Shown here: one piece after another, positions 48,701-61,930 of the stretch
How positions within the stretch are numbered: position 1 is the first letter of the stretch
How the letters are laid out: every line of letters starts with the position of its first letter
DNA from: Squalus acanthias
Lineage: Eukaryota
Assembly: GCA_030390025.1 (NCBI GenBank)
Contig: CM059433.1
Span: 14,324,001-14,388,000 of the forward strand
Length of the DNA: 64,000 nt
Direction of reading: 5' to 3'
Position numbers and translations under genes: made by a program
Notes under the pieces: model-generated
What the model saw: the letters and a program-made list of their open reading frames with translations, nothing else
Databases searched by the model: none
What the model was told of the DNA's origin: nothing

Positions 48701-50137
48701 ACAGCAGACGGTCCAGCCTGCTAGCCGGAGCAGAAACGAGTAAACAAGTGGGGTACAGAGACCCCTGATCGACACGTGGATAGTCAGGTGCTGCGGTATA
48801 AACATCCGAGCAGAGTTTCGGAATTCTCCGAGTTATCACGAGTGGTGAGCATGAGTCTCAATCCTACAAATCTAGATTAGGACAGGTATTGATAGGGGAG
48901 GGTTTAAGTTTTAAGGATAAGTATAATGTGTGTCCCCTTTTACGATGTGTCGTGCGCTCCTCGTTTCCCTAAAATTAGTTTCATAACTGTGTGTAAGATT
49001 GTACTGTCATTAATCTGTGCTTATGACGTGTATCTCGTAATCTTGAATAATATGCAATAAAGATTTTCCATTTCGCACTATTCAACCGGGTCTACCTGAG
49101 TTTTTCTCTGCATTATTGCTCTCGCACCTAAGTCCAGTGTCAGAACCGTAAGGGCGAGTGGGTCGAACCACTCACAGGTGTCTAGTGTTACCAGGCTGGC
49201 TGGAGACCAGAACAGGCAACAAGGCCTAACCTCGCACTAGCACCCAGGTTAAGCACAGAGTCGCAGGTCACCCCTTACAGCCTAGAACTTTTTGATTCCA
49301 ATCCACCTGGGCCAGATCCCTTTTCAACTCACTGAAGTTAGCCCTCCTCCAGTTAAGTATTTTTCTGCTTGATTGTACCTTGTCCTTTTCCATAACTATT
49401 CTAAACCTGATTGTATTATGATCACTGTTCCCCAAATGCTCTCCCACTGAAATGTGCTCCACTTTCCTCACTTCATTCCCCAGAACTAAATCCAACACTG
49501 CTTACTTCCTCATTGGGCTGGAAGCATTGATCAAGAAAGTTCTCTTGTACACATTTCAGGAATTCCTCCCCCTCTTTGTCTTTACACTGTTACTATCCCA
49601 GTCTATATTAGGATAATTGAAGTACCCCATTACCACTACTCTGTAGTTTTTGCATCTTTCTGTAATTTGCCTGCAAATTGTCTTCCCACTATTTGGTGGT
49701 CTATAGTATACACCCAGTAGTATAATAGTTCCTCTATTGTTCCTTAATTCTAACTAAATAGACTCTGTCTTTGACCCCTCAATGACATCATCCCTCTCCA
49801 GTGCTATAATAGTTCTTTGATCAATACTGCCAGCCCCCTCCTTTTTTTCCTTCCCTATCTTTCCTGAATACCTTATAGGCAGGAATATTACATTCTCAAT
49901 CGTCCCCTTCTTTGAGCCAGGTCTCTGTTATTGTCACTATATCATAATCCCATGTGGCGACTTGTGCCTGCTGCTCACCTACCTTATTTACCACGCGCCA
50001 TGCATTAACGTAATGCACTTAAAACCCACCTTATCTGATCCCTCCAATTTCCGAACTATTCTTTAGACTAGTGCTATTTGCCTCTCTCAGTCCTCTGTGC
50101 ACTTTGTTTCTCTTCTCTAATGTTTCATCCTGGTGCC
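45737..50137 (-). mobile_element. CR1 LINE (EN to 3' tail), interrupted by a solo LTR and cut at its 5' side by Gypsy copy C
   Basis: ORF pieces RPQLEYCVQFW, NYRPVSLTS, LGNSDHN; tail TAGAATCATAGAAT at 45737. Confidence 0.88.
47644..49279 (+). mobile_element. Solo LTR, 1636 bp (Gypsy or ERV, unclassified)
   Basis: TGTA...TACA termini, 4-bp TSD GCCT/GCCT within CR1 ORF2; TATAA at about 48246, AATAAA at 48582 and 49056; no coding remnant. Confidence 0.8.
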
Positions 50138-52215
50138 TGTAATAGCGCTACCTGGTGAATACTGATGTATATAATAATGGGCAGTACATTTCTTACCGAA
50201 AGCCATGTTGTGCAGTTGTATATATATGCTGTGTCCCAAGATATCACAGAATTGGCGATGAGGATGAGATTGCGGATTCCCTAGCTGAAATTTTTGTTGG
50301 AGTATAATCCTGCCAACCGACGGAGGGACTGTTAGAGGTTCTTCATTTTGCAGAAAAATTAAAAATCCGAGGTAAATTCGAGCACACGTGGCTGAACTGT
50401 CGACGTTGCCAGAGTCGATCGAGATGGCCGCGCCTAGGGAAATAATACGGCACTTGGGTGAGTTCCATCTCAACTGAGAGACTTTCGGAGCATATGTGAA
50501 GCGGCTAGAAATGATTTCCACTGCGAATAGTATCGTTGAAGTCCTCGATGATGTAAACCGTAACCGGGCAGTTTTAGAAAGGAAACAAGCCACTTTTTTG
50601 ACTGAAGCAGGCCCCGAGGTGAATGAAACCCTGAAAAATGTGCTTGTTCCCGCCAGGCCACTGAAGGAGATCCTAACCAAGTTAGAACAGCACTACAGTC
50701 CTGAGCCCCTGGAAATTGCTGAAAGTTATCATTTTGGAACACGCGCTCAATTAAATGATGAGGGTATCAGTGAGTACATTGTAACTTTAAAAAGTTATCC
50801 ATTCACTGTCATTTCGGAAACTTTAAGGACCGAGCTTTGCATGATCTTTTTGTTTGTGGGTTGAAAAATGGACGTATCAGAAGTAAATTGTTGACAACCC
50901 CTAACTTGACTTTTGACTTAGCTTGTCAGACAGCTATGTCGATGGATATGGCTGAGCGATACTCCCGAGAGTTTTGTACCATTTCCAGTCGTCAGACAAC
51001 CGAGGTGAATCGGCTGCAGGCTAAAAGTAAAAGGCAGTTGTGCCGCAAGGTCTCAGCAACTGGCCAAGGTAACAGTGCATTGAAGTCGTGCTATCGGTGT
51101 CTGGGACAACACATCGCTCAAAGCTGTTCATATGTGAAGGCAGAGCGTTTCAACTGCAAGAAAACTGGGCATCTTGTGATGGCGTGCTGACAGAAGACTA
51201 AACTGATTGGCAATGCTAGAAGTAGAAATCGCCAGACACTACATACCGTTGCAGAGCAGCAGCAGGACGAGGAGTTTCTGGAGATTCACATCATCAGGAG
51301 CACGAAGGTATCATCATCCAAGTAGATGCCGCAGAAACCAGGACACCCACGGAAATCGACACTGGTGCATCCGTGAGAGTAGTACCGGAATCGCTATATC
51401 GCTACAAGTTGCATGATTATTGACTAGAGAAATCGAAAGTAGAGCTGCGAGACTACTCAAAAGAGCAAATCTCTGTAGTGGGAAGTGTCACCATACCAGT
51501 AAAATACAAGGATCAGTGTCAGAGCTTGCCTCTCATAGTAGTGGCAGGAGACAAGCCTGCCTTAATAGGTAGAAATTGGTTGGGATCACTGAAGCTGGAT
51601 TGGAATTAGATTTTTTGCGTGGAAGTGAAATTTGCATCTAAAGATGATGTCATGAAGCAGTATCCGAAGGTGTTCAGCGAAACGGGCAGTCCGATCCAAG
51701 ACATCAAGGTGAGTGTCAGAGTGCAGAAGGACACAAGACCAGTTTACTGCAAGCCTCGTCCCGTACCAGACACATTCAAGGTGAAAATTGAGCAAGAACT
51801 CAAGACTAGAAACTAAGAACATTATCTCTAAGGTAGATCTGAGTAATTGGGCTACACCCATTGTTGTTGTACCTAAGTCAGATAGTACAGTAAGGTTGTG
51901 ATTATAAGGTAACCGTAAACCAGGTTCTAGAGTGTAATCTACCCAATACATTGCCAAATGTGGAAGATGTGTTCACAACGCTGACAGGTGGCCAGATCTT
52001 TTCGAAGTTAGATCTAACAAATGCCTACCTACAACTTGAGTTAGATGAAGAGTCTATGGTTCATGCTTGACTATAAATACTCACCGAGGCCTATATCAGT
52101 TCAATAGGCTACCATTTGGAGTGTCTTCTTCCCTTGACATATTCCAGGGGGTAATGAACCAAATTTTGCAAGGGATTGAAGGGGTAGTGTGTTATTTGGA
52201 TGACATACTCATTTT
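50138..52215 (+). mobile_element. Mag-like Gypsy copy C, 3'-truncated just after RT YLDD
   Basis: 5' LTR 50138-50248, PBS at 50253, degenerate gag, CYRCLGQHIAQSC, protease, RT; no 3' LTR found. Confidence 0.9.
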
Positions 52216-55050
52216 CTTAATTGTGTTAAAGGAAGGTTAGCTGTTGTGGCTGAAGTCCCACACCTCCAACTGGTGGAGGCACCAGTCAATGGGGTATGCT
52301 TTGTGTTCATGCTGTAGTTAGGAGGACAACACCAATGCACTCACATTTTATGATAAGTTATGATCACCTTGATGCTCAGAAGGGCATCCAGAGGTACCTG
52401 CTGTCTACCTAGCAAGGGCTAAAATCCTTGCAGTTCAGTTATCAAATGACCAACTAATGACTGCTAAGGGTGGAGGGAGGGGTTGCAGAAGAGAGTAAAG
52501 TAAGTCTCTTTTGAGTTGATCGATCCAAGATAAGTCATCTGACCGAAGATTGGATTTGAGCCTGTCCTCTAAGGCACACTTGGTAGTCTGATGTTTGAGC
52601 CAGGTAACTCCACGGTACTCTATAACACTGTTGGTGATTGACCAACCTGAATCATCGATGGGACCTCGAAGGATAGACCTGTTAATAGTGGCTAGGGCTC
52701 TTTCCACTCATTTCAGATTATCCTGCACAACTTCTCACCAAAAAATGTGTGAGTGCATTGAAATCAATCTCCTGACCGCAGCAATCCAAACCAAGGTTAA
52801 TGGTTAGGGTGGTCTGAGCTGGACAAGTGCAATCTAGCTTACTTGTATTCTGTGCTGGTAAGCTGCACCATTTTATCCAGATGAATTCCAGCAGTAACTC
52901 TATCTACACTTAGCGCCCTCAGTCTTGGCTCTTGCGAACCTTTGCTTATGCTCCTAATAATAATTGGGGTGTCTCCCAACAAGGTGAACTCCATGCCAGA
53001 TAAGTGGAACCACATATGTGGATTTTTCGGTATTTTGATTTGAAGACTCTTAAGCATGGCAGTCGGCTGTTGTGCATGCCAGAAATTCATCTGACCAAAA
53101 GAAAATGCGAAGGTTGAGGATACTCTGAGGGGAGCCATAAATAATGCTGCAGCACAGTCAGGGGGCAGACATTGTAGGTTTTGTTTGACAGTGTTATTTC
53201 AACTTCGCCAGTTAGAATAAATATTTAAACTTTATTGTGTAGCCTGTTCTGTGAAGGAAGGAAATGTGTCTTCCATATAAATCAATGAGCTCTTATCTAG
53301 TGGTCTGATCTCAGGATTCAATCGAAGACAAGGCTTGTTCATTATTAAAATCAAATCTCATAAGTAAGGCATGAGCTGAGAACACTATTTTCACAAAGGC
53401 CTTTGAGTCAAACAGTCAGTCTCTTTTTGGCCTGATGTTGAGACAGCCATTCTTCTCTCTTTGTAATTATCTATTTATTGAGGTGTTTGGCAACTGATAA
53501 AATCACTTAAGACTGGGCAAACTGCAACATCTCTAATACAGGGATGAAGAGTTAACTTGAGATCAGACCACTGCTACTATTTATGTAACTGTTTAGACCC
53601 ACTTGAATGCACTAACATCTTCAAAACCAGAGAGGTGGAGCCAGTGCCATTTTTATTGTTGTTATTATCAGGGCACTTTTCCTAACGGGACAAATTTAAA
53701 TATTCAAACAACAATTGTACTGCTGGTACAGGAATATTGCTGCAGCAGGTAACTATTTTCAACTCGTACCCCATTGCACTCCACAAAAAACCAGCAGAGA
53801 CAACATTGCCTGTTTCTTTAACCTTAATTTTCCCATATTTGGAAACAGTCCACAATCGTTACCATAGCTATGCAAATAGAAAAAAATTGCAGTTGCAGTT
53901 TTTAGTAATACCTGAGTTATCTGACAATGGCCCTGAAATTATGACATGGCACAGTCACATGTGAAACAGTCAACATGCCGTCCTCCGTTATTATAACAGC
54001 GGCATTTAGTTGTTTAAAACAAACAAATTGGCATCTCTGTTCAAACAAGAGAGGAAGAATTTCAAACAAACATGTTATACATTTCATACTGAGGTGTACT
54101 TTCAGATGTGGAATGAGAAATTAGTCGATTGGGCATCTGGTGAAAATGGGCCAAAAGTCATATTGTTAGAATAGAATAAATAAAATGGGGGAAGGGATCA
54201 TTTTGTGACTGAAGGAAGGTCTAAAAGAGCAGATTAAATTTTTGTGATGCGAGGTCTTACTCAACTCTGATGGAATTCAGGGCAAGGAAAATAATGTTTG
54301 GACATTGTCGGATTACTGGATCAATAGGAAGAAACTAATGTGGATTTCCCTGAGTAAGTGAAAAGTACATCAGAAAAACGAATAGAGATAGTTATGAAGA
54401 ATTTTAATGATCCTAAATTGAAATGGAATGAGGAGAGGGATTTAAAAAAAATAATTAAGGTCAGCTCATGGATTATAATGTAGAACTATGGCTTGATAAT
54501 CTAGAAATTGAAAAAAACTACAAGGGTTATTTGGATTAAGTTGGATTTTGAGGTTTTGTTCACAGTAAGTAAGTATTAAAAACAAGTGAAGTGTTTTACA
54601 GATATGACAATAGATTAGGAAAATAATACAGTGGAATTTTTTTTAAATGTAGAAAATTGTATTTTGTATCTCTTAAGATGTTGGGAAGTTTATGCATTAA
54701 ATAGGAGGTGAGTAATGAAATGCTTATTAAAAACCTGGAGAACCTGAAGTTAAGGCAGAAGGACCAGATGGAATACTTAGCTGTATGCGCTACTAACACT
54801 ACTGTGTCATGTGAAATGGTTTTGGATGCACATCTAGGTTCAACAGTTACTATAACTTGGGAGTCCAGGAAGCAAACTGATACCGCTTAGGTTTCATACC
54901 AGGTGTGGTATAACTGCAGTCCAGTGTGAAGCCAGGTTTGGCAAATGTCTAACTGTTGCTTTTCAATGTTAATAGGGAGACAATGTGCTTGCTGTACCAG
55001 AGTTGCCAGCGTGACTTAGAATGTGCCAGGTTTGCATTGCATTCTAAAAA

Positions 55051-55410
55051 AAGAGAGACTTGCATTTATGTAGCGCCCTTCACGACCTTAGGACGTCCCA
55101 AAGTGCTTTACAGCCAATGAAGTACTTTTGAAGTGTAGTCACTGTTGTAAGATCCCACATACAGCATTGTATTAATGACCAGATAATCTGTGTTTGTGAT
55201 GTTGATTGAGGGATAAATATTGGCCAGGAGACCATGGAGAACTCCCCTGCTCTTCTTCGAAATCATGCCATGGGATCTTTTACATCCACCTGAGAGGATG
55301 CACTGGAGTGTCAGCTGAGATTTTTGTGTTCAAGTCTCTGGAGTGGGACTATGAACCTACAACCTTCTGACTCAGGGGGGAGAGTGCTACCAACTGGGGC
55401 ACGGCTGACA
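55051..55410 (-). mobile_element. Deu-type SINE with tRNA head, internally deleted
   Basis: Reverse complement begins TCAGCCGTGCCCCAGTTGGTAGCACTCTC; B box GGTTCATAGTCC. Confidence 0.85.
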
Positions 55411-56489
55411 CTATGGGTACTGTTAGTATTATTGGCAGAAGTCAGCAGAGCTAGAAATGAAACATTCACAGCTCATTAGATGCAGAGAGGGACCAGAACT
55501 TGCTACTGCTGTTTCATTTTTAAAAATAAGATCTTAAGTATTATTCCTGGAATTGGAAGGCCATTAGCTTAACACCGATAGTACAGTACATCATTCAAAA
55601 GGATTACTGAGAGTGAAGGTAATAGCCTAGAAATTACTGCTGGTGATAACCGTGGATAAACATGCCATGTGTTTATCTAACATTCCTCGGTCTGCTATTT
55701 CAATACAGGTATTAATGCCTCCTGTAAAGCAGCAGTAACAGTAATTTCCACGTTAATAATTCCAAGCCAACTCATGAAAAATGGACTGTGCCTAATACAT
55801 TTAATGGGATTCTTTGAAGATGATATAGAGTTGGTGGATGGTATGGGGAGGATACTACATATCTTGATTTTCAGGATAATAACAGTTGCTGGCTAAGAGA
55901 AAATTCTTGAAGAAAAAGACACCATAAATTGGATTATACATTTGCTACATAATAGGAAGCTGTGAGTAGTGATCAATGGTAGTAGTACTAATTGGATTGC
56001 TGTGACCAGTGAAGCATTCCAGGAATCAAGTCTTCGAACCTTTGCTGCTCGCAATGTAAATGATCTGAATGAAAAGATTAGAAGTAAAACATCTCACTCT
56101 GCATATGATATATATTTGTGAGGAAAAGTAGGTTATTTTCCAGAAAGGGATAGGATTGAAGAAATTTACAGACAGATAAAACGCAGAGAGACCTGCAGAG
56201 ATTTAGCAACAGGACGTCTGTGGGGCTTCTAGCAGTCTTCTGTTGCAAACCTAGCAGGATATCGATGGAACTCCCAGATGTAAACAGCTGGAAACAGATG
56301 GTTGTGTTAATTCGCTGGGGGGTTCCACCAGTCTGCTGTCAGGATTTTGGTGAAAGACTAGCAGAACCCCCCATGGAATTTCAGGGCCTTAATAGCTGGA
56401 CAGATACATTTCAGAGAGCACGACAGACATTTAGTAAATAGGCTGATGAACTGAAGATGACATTTAATTGTGAGAACTATAAGCACTGA

Positions 56490-56676
56490 ATCTCTGAGCG
56501 GCACTTCCCGCACTGAGCCCCACCGTATGTTGGAAAATCACAGACACAGTTGTCATGATTTTCCATTCATTAGAATTAATGGATGGAGAATCATGGGGCG
56601 CATGTCTGCAATTTGCTAATATGGGCTCCCGATGGGCAAGGCTCTGTGCTGGGAGTGCGTATTCAGAATATTGGCC
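56490..56676. mobile_element. Old palindromic MITE
   Basis: Arms GCACTTCCCGCAC/GTGCTGGGAGTGC and CATGATTTTCCATTCATT/AATGGATGGAGAATCATG. Confidence 0.5.
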
Positions 56677-56699
56677 AAAGAAATTAATACGTATATAAT

Positions 56700-57461
56700 G
56701 GCCCATAATTTCCGATAGGAGGCTTCCTGCGTGCGGATGCCTCCTATCGGAAAAAAATCTACGCACTTACCTGAGGGCTCCCGAGGTCCGGACACTTCTG
56801 ATCCTGGGCCTCGCCACAGTCGAAATGCGCAGGGCCCACGTATCCCAGGGGCGCAGGCGGTTCGCAAGCTTCCCTGGGATCACGTGGGCCAGGCCAGCCA
56901 ATAGGAGAAGGGAATCTCCCTTCGTACTTTTGACAGATAGACCCGTCAAAAGTATGAATGGAGATCACTGAAAAAAAACACTAAAACATTAAATAAATGT
57001 TAAAAAAACATCACGTTTTTAAAATGAGTTAAAATTACATTAAATTAAATATTTTAAACAAAAATTTAATTTTTTGAAAAAAATAATTAAGGTTTTTTAT
57101 GGGGCTAAAAATAAACTTACCTTTTTTAGACGTATTTTTAAATTATAAATGAGTGAACATTTTTTATTTTTTTTACTTTTTTAAGATCTTATGCTGGTAA
57201 AAGCAGGCCTTACACCTGCTTTTACCAGGCGTAAGATTTTTAAGTGTTTTCAGCAGGTGGAGGTTCTCAGAAAGCGGAACTCTCCCCCCCGCAGAGGCCC
57301 TTCTCCAGGGCAGGCGTCCGATCTGTCAAGAAGATTCTTGACAGATCGGAAATGCCGGTTTTCAGCGCATGCGCTTTGCTTGCCTGAAACCGGCATTTCC
57401 GATGTCCCTACGGGTGGGTACACAGCCCGTACACACCCGTAGGCATCGGAAAATACGGGCC
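56700..57461. mobile_element. Harbinger-type non-autonomous element (762 bp) with multiple internal hairpins
   Basis: TIR GGCCCATAATTTCCGAT and ATCGGAAAATACGGGCC, TSD AAT/AAT. Confidence 0.85.
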
Positions 57462-58405
57462 AATGGGAATGGAAATGTCAAATAGGATTACAAAATGAAA
57501 GGCACAGCATTAAATGAGTTAAATCAAGACAAACGAGGTCTAGGTGAATGAGTTGATTACAGCATTTATAGATAACAGCAGTTGCAAAGGCCAATTAAAT
57601 GTTGTGAAGTATAAATAGCTTCACAGAATAGAAGTCAAACAGTAACAGTAGTATATTGTATTATATCCGGCTGCAGCCATTGTATTGACTGACAGAAATA
57701 AAGGCAGTCAAATTGATTCAAAGAAGGGAGACGAACGATGATTCCAAGCATTAAACCACTGAGCTATAAAAGAAAGAAGGCTAATTCCGTCCTTATTGAA
57801 AAGAAATATCCTGAAGGGAATATGATCCAAGTTTATAAGGTAATGAAGGGTATCAATAAGGTGAATCTAGAAAGGTATTTTATGAAAACTATGATGGGAG
57901 AAGCAATGAACCTGATTATATGCTTAAAGATGCCGTGAGCTAAATTTAGTTTGAGGAATAACTACCCCAAGCTTAGAGCAGTCAGTTTGCAAATACACTA
58001 GCACCGAGTGTAGCCAATATTAACGCAGTTCCACGATTCAAAAAGGAAGGTTCAGCAGGGTATAAGATGGGTATTGGCTTAGGATAGGAAAAAGTAGAGA
58101 CTAACAATGGCTCTGAAACAAGGGCCAGGTGCTCATTTCTACACTACGATCATTCTGTGTTGAATCTAGAACATCCCTTATTTTAACTCATGTTCTCGGT
58201 CTGGCCAAAATAGCACAACAGCAAGCATGCTGAAAGAAATCGAGGCTTAACCAAGTGAAAATTGAATTAAGGGTCAGTTTTAGTTTAACCCAACTTAAAT
58301 GGGAAATTTGCATTACTTTGGCAGCCACCACTCACAGCCCAGGAAATTTAATTTACCTATTTCCTACAAATAAATAAGCTGCAAGAATATACAATTTAAT
58401 ACATA

Positions 58406-59685
58406 TCTGGCTGAAGATGGTTGCAAACGCTTCAGCCTTGTCTTTTGCACTCATGTGCTGGGCTCCACCATCATTGAGGATGGGGATATTCATGGAGCCT
58501 CCTCCTCCCGTTAGTTGTTTAATGGTCCACCACCATTCACGACTGGATGTGGCAGGACTGTGGAGCTTTGATCTGATCCGTTGATTGTGGGATCGCTTAG
58601 CTCTGTCTATAGCATGCTGCTTCCGCTTTTTAGCATGCATATAGTCCTGTGTTGCAGCTTCTCCAGGTTGGCACCGCATTTTTAGGTATTCCCGGTGCTG
58701 CTCCTGGTATGCTCTTCTACACTCCTTATTGAACCAGGGTTGGTCACCTGGCTTGATGGTAATGGTAGAGTGAGGAATATGCCGGGCCATCAGGTTACAG
58801 ATTGTGGTGGAATACAATTCTGCTGCTGCTGATGGCCCACAGCGCCTCATGGATGCCCAGTTTTGAGCTGCTAGATCTGTTCTGAATCTGTCCCATTTAG
58901 CTCAGTGGTAGTGCCACACAACACAATGGAGGGTGTCCTCAGTGTGAAGACAGGACTTCGTCTCCACAATGACTGTGCGGTGGACACTGCTACCAATGCT
59001 GTCATGGACAGATGCATCTGTGACAGGTAGATTGGTGAGGACGAGGTCAAGTAGGTTTTTCCCAGGTGTTGGTTCTCTCACCACCTGCCGCAGGCCCAGA
59101 CTGGCAGCTATGTCCTTCAGGACTCGACCAGCTCGGTCAGTAGTGGTGCTACCGAGCCACACTTGGTGATGGACATTGAAGTCCCCCACCCAGAGTATTC
59201 TGTGCCCTTGTTACTCAGTGCTTCTTCCAAGTGGTGTTCAACATGGAGGAGTACTGATTCATCAGCTGAGGGAGGGCGGTAGCTGGTAATCAGCAGGAGG
59301 TTTCCCAGCCCATGCTTGACCTGAAGTCATGAGACTTCATGGCGTCCGGAGTCAATGTTGAGGACTCCCAGGGCCACTCCTTCCCGACTGTATACCACTG
59401 TGCCGCCACCCCAGTGGGTCTGTCCTGCCGGTGGGACAGGACATACCCAGGGATGGTGATGGAGGAGTTTGGGACATTAGCTGAAAGGTATGATTCTGAG
59501 TATGACTATGTCAGGCTGTTGCTTGACTAGTTGTGTGACAGCTCTCCCAATTTTGGCACAAGTCCCCAGATGTTGGTGAGGAGAACTTTGCAGGGTCCGT
59601 GGGCTGGGTGTGCCGTTGTCGTGTCTGTAGCCGGTACCGAGGTCGAGGCCGGGTGGTCCGTCCGGTTTTATTCTTATTGTTTTTT
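58406..59685 (-). mobile_element. Non-LTR retrotransposon 5' part (APE endonuclease plus linker), CR1/L2 group
   Basis: VGDFNVHH..EPTPGKNLLDLVLTN..GSSVH; PWFNKEC; KAEAFATIFSQ; truncated before RT. Confidence 0.85.
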
Positions 59686-59693
59686 GTCATTCG

Positions 59694-59892
59694 TTGGGCC
59701 GGCCTACATGATCCCAGGGGTGTTAACTAACTGCTTGCATCCCTGGGGTGCGTGGTCCTCTGCGCATGTCTATGTGTAGAGGCCCAGGAGCGCGAGTCTC
59801 CATGCATCCCGAGGCAGAAGGTAAGTTCGTAGATTTTTTTGCCGGCCGGAGGCATCCGCCCGTGGGAAGCCTCCGACTGCAAATTCAGGCCC
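59694..59892 (-). mobile_element. One end of a MITE related to 56700-57461
   Basis: Reverse complement aligns with 56700-56900 (GGAGGCTTCC..GCGGATGCCTCC..AAAAAAATCTACG.ACTTACC). Confidence 0.7.
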
Positions 59893-59976
59893 CATAGTGT
59901 CTTATCCTGTGGATAAATGGCATTACAGGGACAATTTTTGATGTATTCTGAAACATTATATAGTCTTTAACTCTCT

Positions 59977-60770
59977 GGGGGTGAAATTTGCCTCCTTTGC
60001 GCCTACCGTTAGCGCAAATCGAGGGCGCAAACAGGGCGCAAAGGGTTTGTTGCCCAGGCGGGGGTGCTAATAGCGCCTGCCGAGAAATTCGGCGGGACGC
60101 TACTGAGGCGCTAGCCGATAGCACCGCCCCTAGCCGGTAGCACCCCAGGCCGCTGCACCACTGGCGATGTCGTCATTGGCAAGCGACATGGCCCCTTAGC
60201 ACCCCGCGGCCAAAATTAGGCTGCGCCCCGCGAGGCTACCGCGGGCGATGTCAGTCTCATGGGTCGCGAGCCGGGCCGAACACCGCTGGCGAGGCGCTAA
60301 TTAAAGAGGCGGTCTGGTTGCACCCCGTGCCGACATTTTTCATTTTGGCCGACCTCCAGGTCGCCCCCCCTTGCCGGCCCTTGCCGTGGTCCGTGGCCGC
60401 CATCGCGCCATCCGGCACCGCGTCTCGGTGCCGGACTGCAGCCACAGCACCATGCCGCCCTGGTGTGCTAATGGAGGCCGTCAAACAGGCCTGCAGAGTG
60501 CACAGCAGCCCTCCCCTTTAACGGAAGGGGAGGGGTGCTGAAACGCGTCAGCGCTACGTGGAGCTGCCGCGTAGCGCTCCGGCGCTACCACGCTTTGTGC
60601 CCCACACACCGCCCCAAGTGGAAGTGGAGCGCCTGAGATAACACTCCGATTCCTTGCCGGGGCGGTAAGCCCAATTTAGCAGCCGGGGCAGTACTCCCGG
60701 CCCGGGCGCTAAATGTGAGGCGCTAAATCGGTTACCGCCCCCAAACAGGGCATAACCGAATTTCGCCCCC
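59977..60770. mobile_element. Harbinger-type non-autonomous element (794 bp), same family as 30069-30844
   Basis: TIR GGGGGTGAAATT and AATTTCGCCCCC, TSD TCT/TCT; colinear with 30069-30844. Confidence 0.92.
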
Positions 60771-60917
60771 TCTGATTTTGTTAAGTGTCCTAATACACAT
60801 CAGGCCTAAAATTCCAAAGGACTTCAATCAGTCTCCCGCCACAACTCCGGTGAAATAGGCATGCTTACCATATCCCTGGAGGTCTCACTAGTCTCCTGCC
60901 TGAGTTAGAGTGTGATA

Positions 60918-61930
60918 AGAACATAAGAACATAAGAATTGGAGCAGGAGTCGGCCATACGGCCCCTTGAGCCTGCTCCACCATTCAATAAGATCATGGCT
61001 GATCTTCGACCTCAACCCCACTTTCCCGCCTTATCCCCATATCCCTGGATTCCCCTGGAGTCCAAAAATCTATCTATATCAGCCCTGAATATACTCAACG
61101 ACTCAGCATCCACAGCCCTTTAAGGTAGAGAATTCCAAAGATTCAGAACCCTCTGAGTGAAGAAATTCCTCCTCATCTCAGTCTTAAATGGCCAGCCCCT
61201 CATCCTGAGACTATGCCCCCTAGTTTGAGATTCTCCAGCCAGGGGCAACAACCTCTCAGCATCTAACCTGTCAATCCCCCTCAGAATCATAAATGATTCA
61301 ATGAGATCACCTCTCATTCTTCTAAACTCCAGAGATTATAGGCCCAATCTGCTCAATCTCTCCTCATAGGACAACCCTCTTCCCAGGGATCATTGCAGTG
61401 AAACTTCATTGCACCGCCTCTAAGGCAAGTTTATCCTTCCTCAGATAAGGAGACCAAACTGTGCACAGTACTCCAGGTGTGGTCTCACCAAAGCCCTGGA
61501 CAATTGCAGCAAGACTTCCTTACTCTTGTACTCCAATCCCCTTGCAATAAAGGCCAACATGCCATTTGCCTTCCCAATTGCTTGCTGTACCTGCATGCTA
61601 AGTCTCTGTGTTTCCTGTACGAAGACATCTAAATTCTCTGAACACCAATATTTAATAGTTTCTCACCATTTAAAAAATATTCTGCTTTTCTATTCTTCCT
61701 ATCAAAGTGAATAATCTCACATTTCTCCACATTATACTCCATCTGCCACCTTATTGCCCACTCACTTAACCTGTCTATATCCCTTTGCAGGCTGTTTGTT
61801 TCCTCCTCACAGCTTACTTTCCCATAGCTTTGTATCATCAACAAACTTGGATACATTGCACTCGGTCCCTTCATCTAAGTCATTAGTATAGATTGTAAAT
61901 AGCTGAGGCCCGAGCACCGATCCTTGCGGC
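60918..61930 (-). mobile_element. 5'-truncated CR1 LINE, same subfamily as 12864-13657
   Basis: Near-identical sequence and (AAGAACAT)n tail. Confidence 0.9.

Larger units (their letters stand above)
54330..58060 (+). mobile_element. Highly degraded CR1-like LINE in pieces (about 54330-54790, 55770-56480, 57470-58060)
   Basis: Remnants such as GATTCTTTGAAGA, ATCTTGATTTTCAG and GNMIQVYKVMKGINKVN; split by a SINE and MITEs. Confidence 0.5.

Noticed and set aside
52435..53138. Two minus-strand ORFs of 90 and 99 aa
   Set aside because: Could be a decayed element, but I see no motif to assign them.
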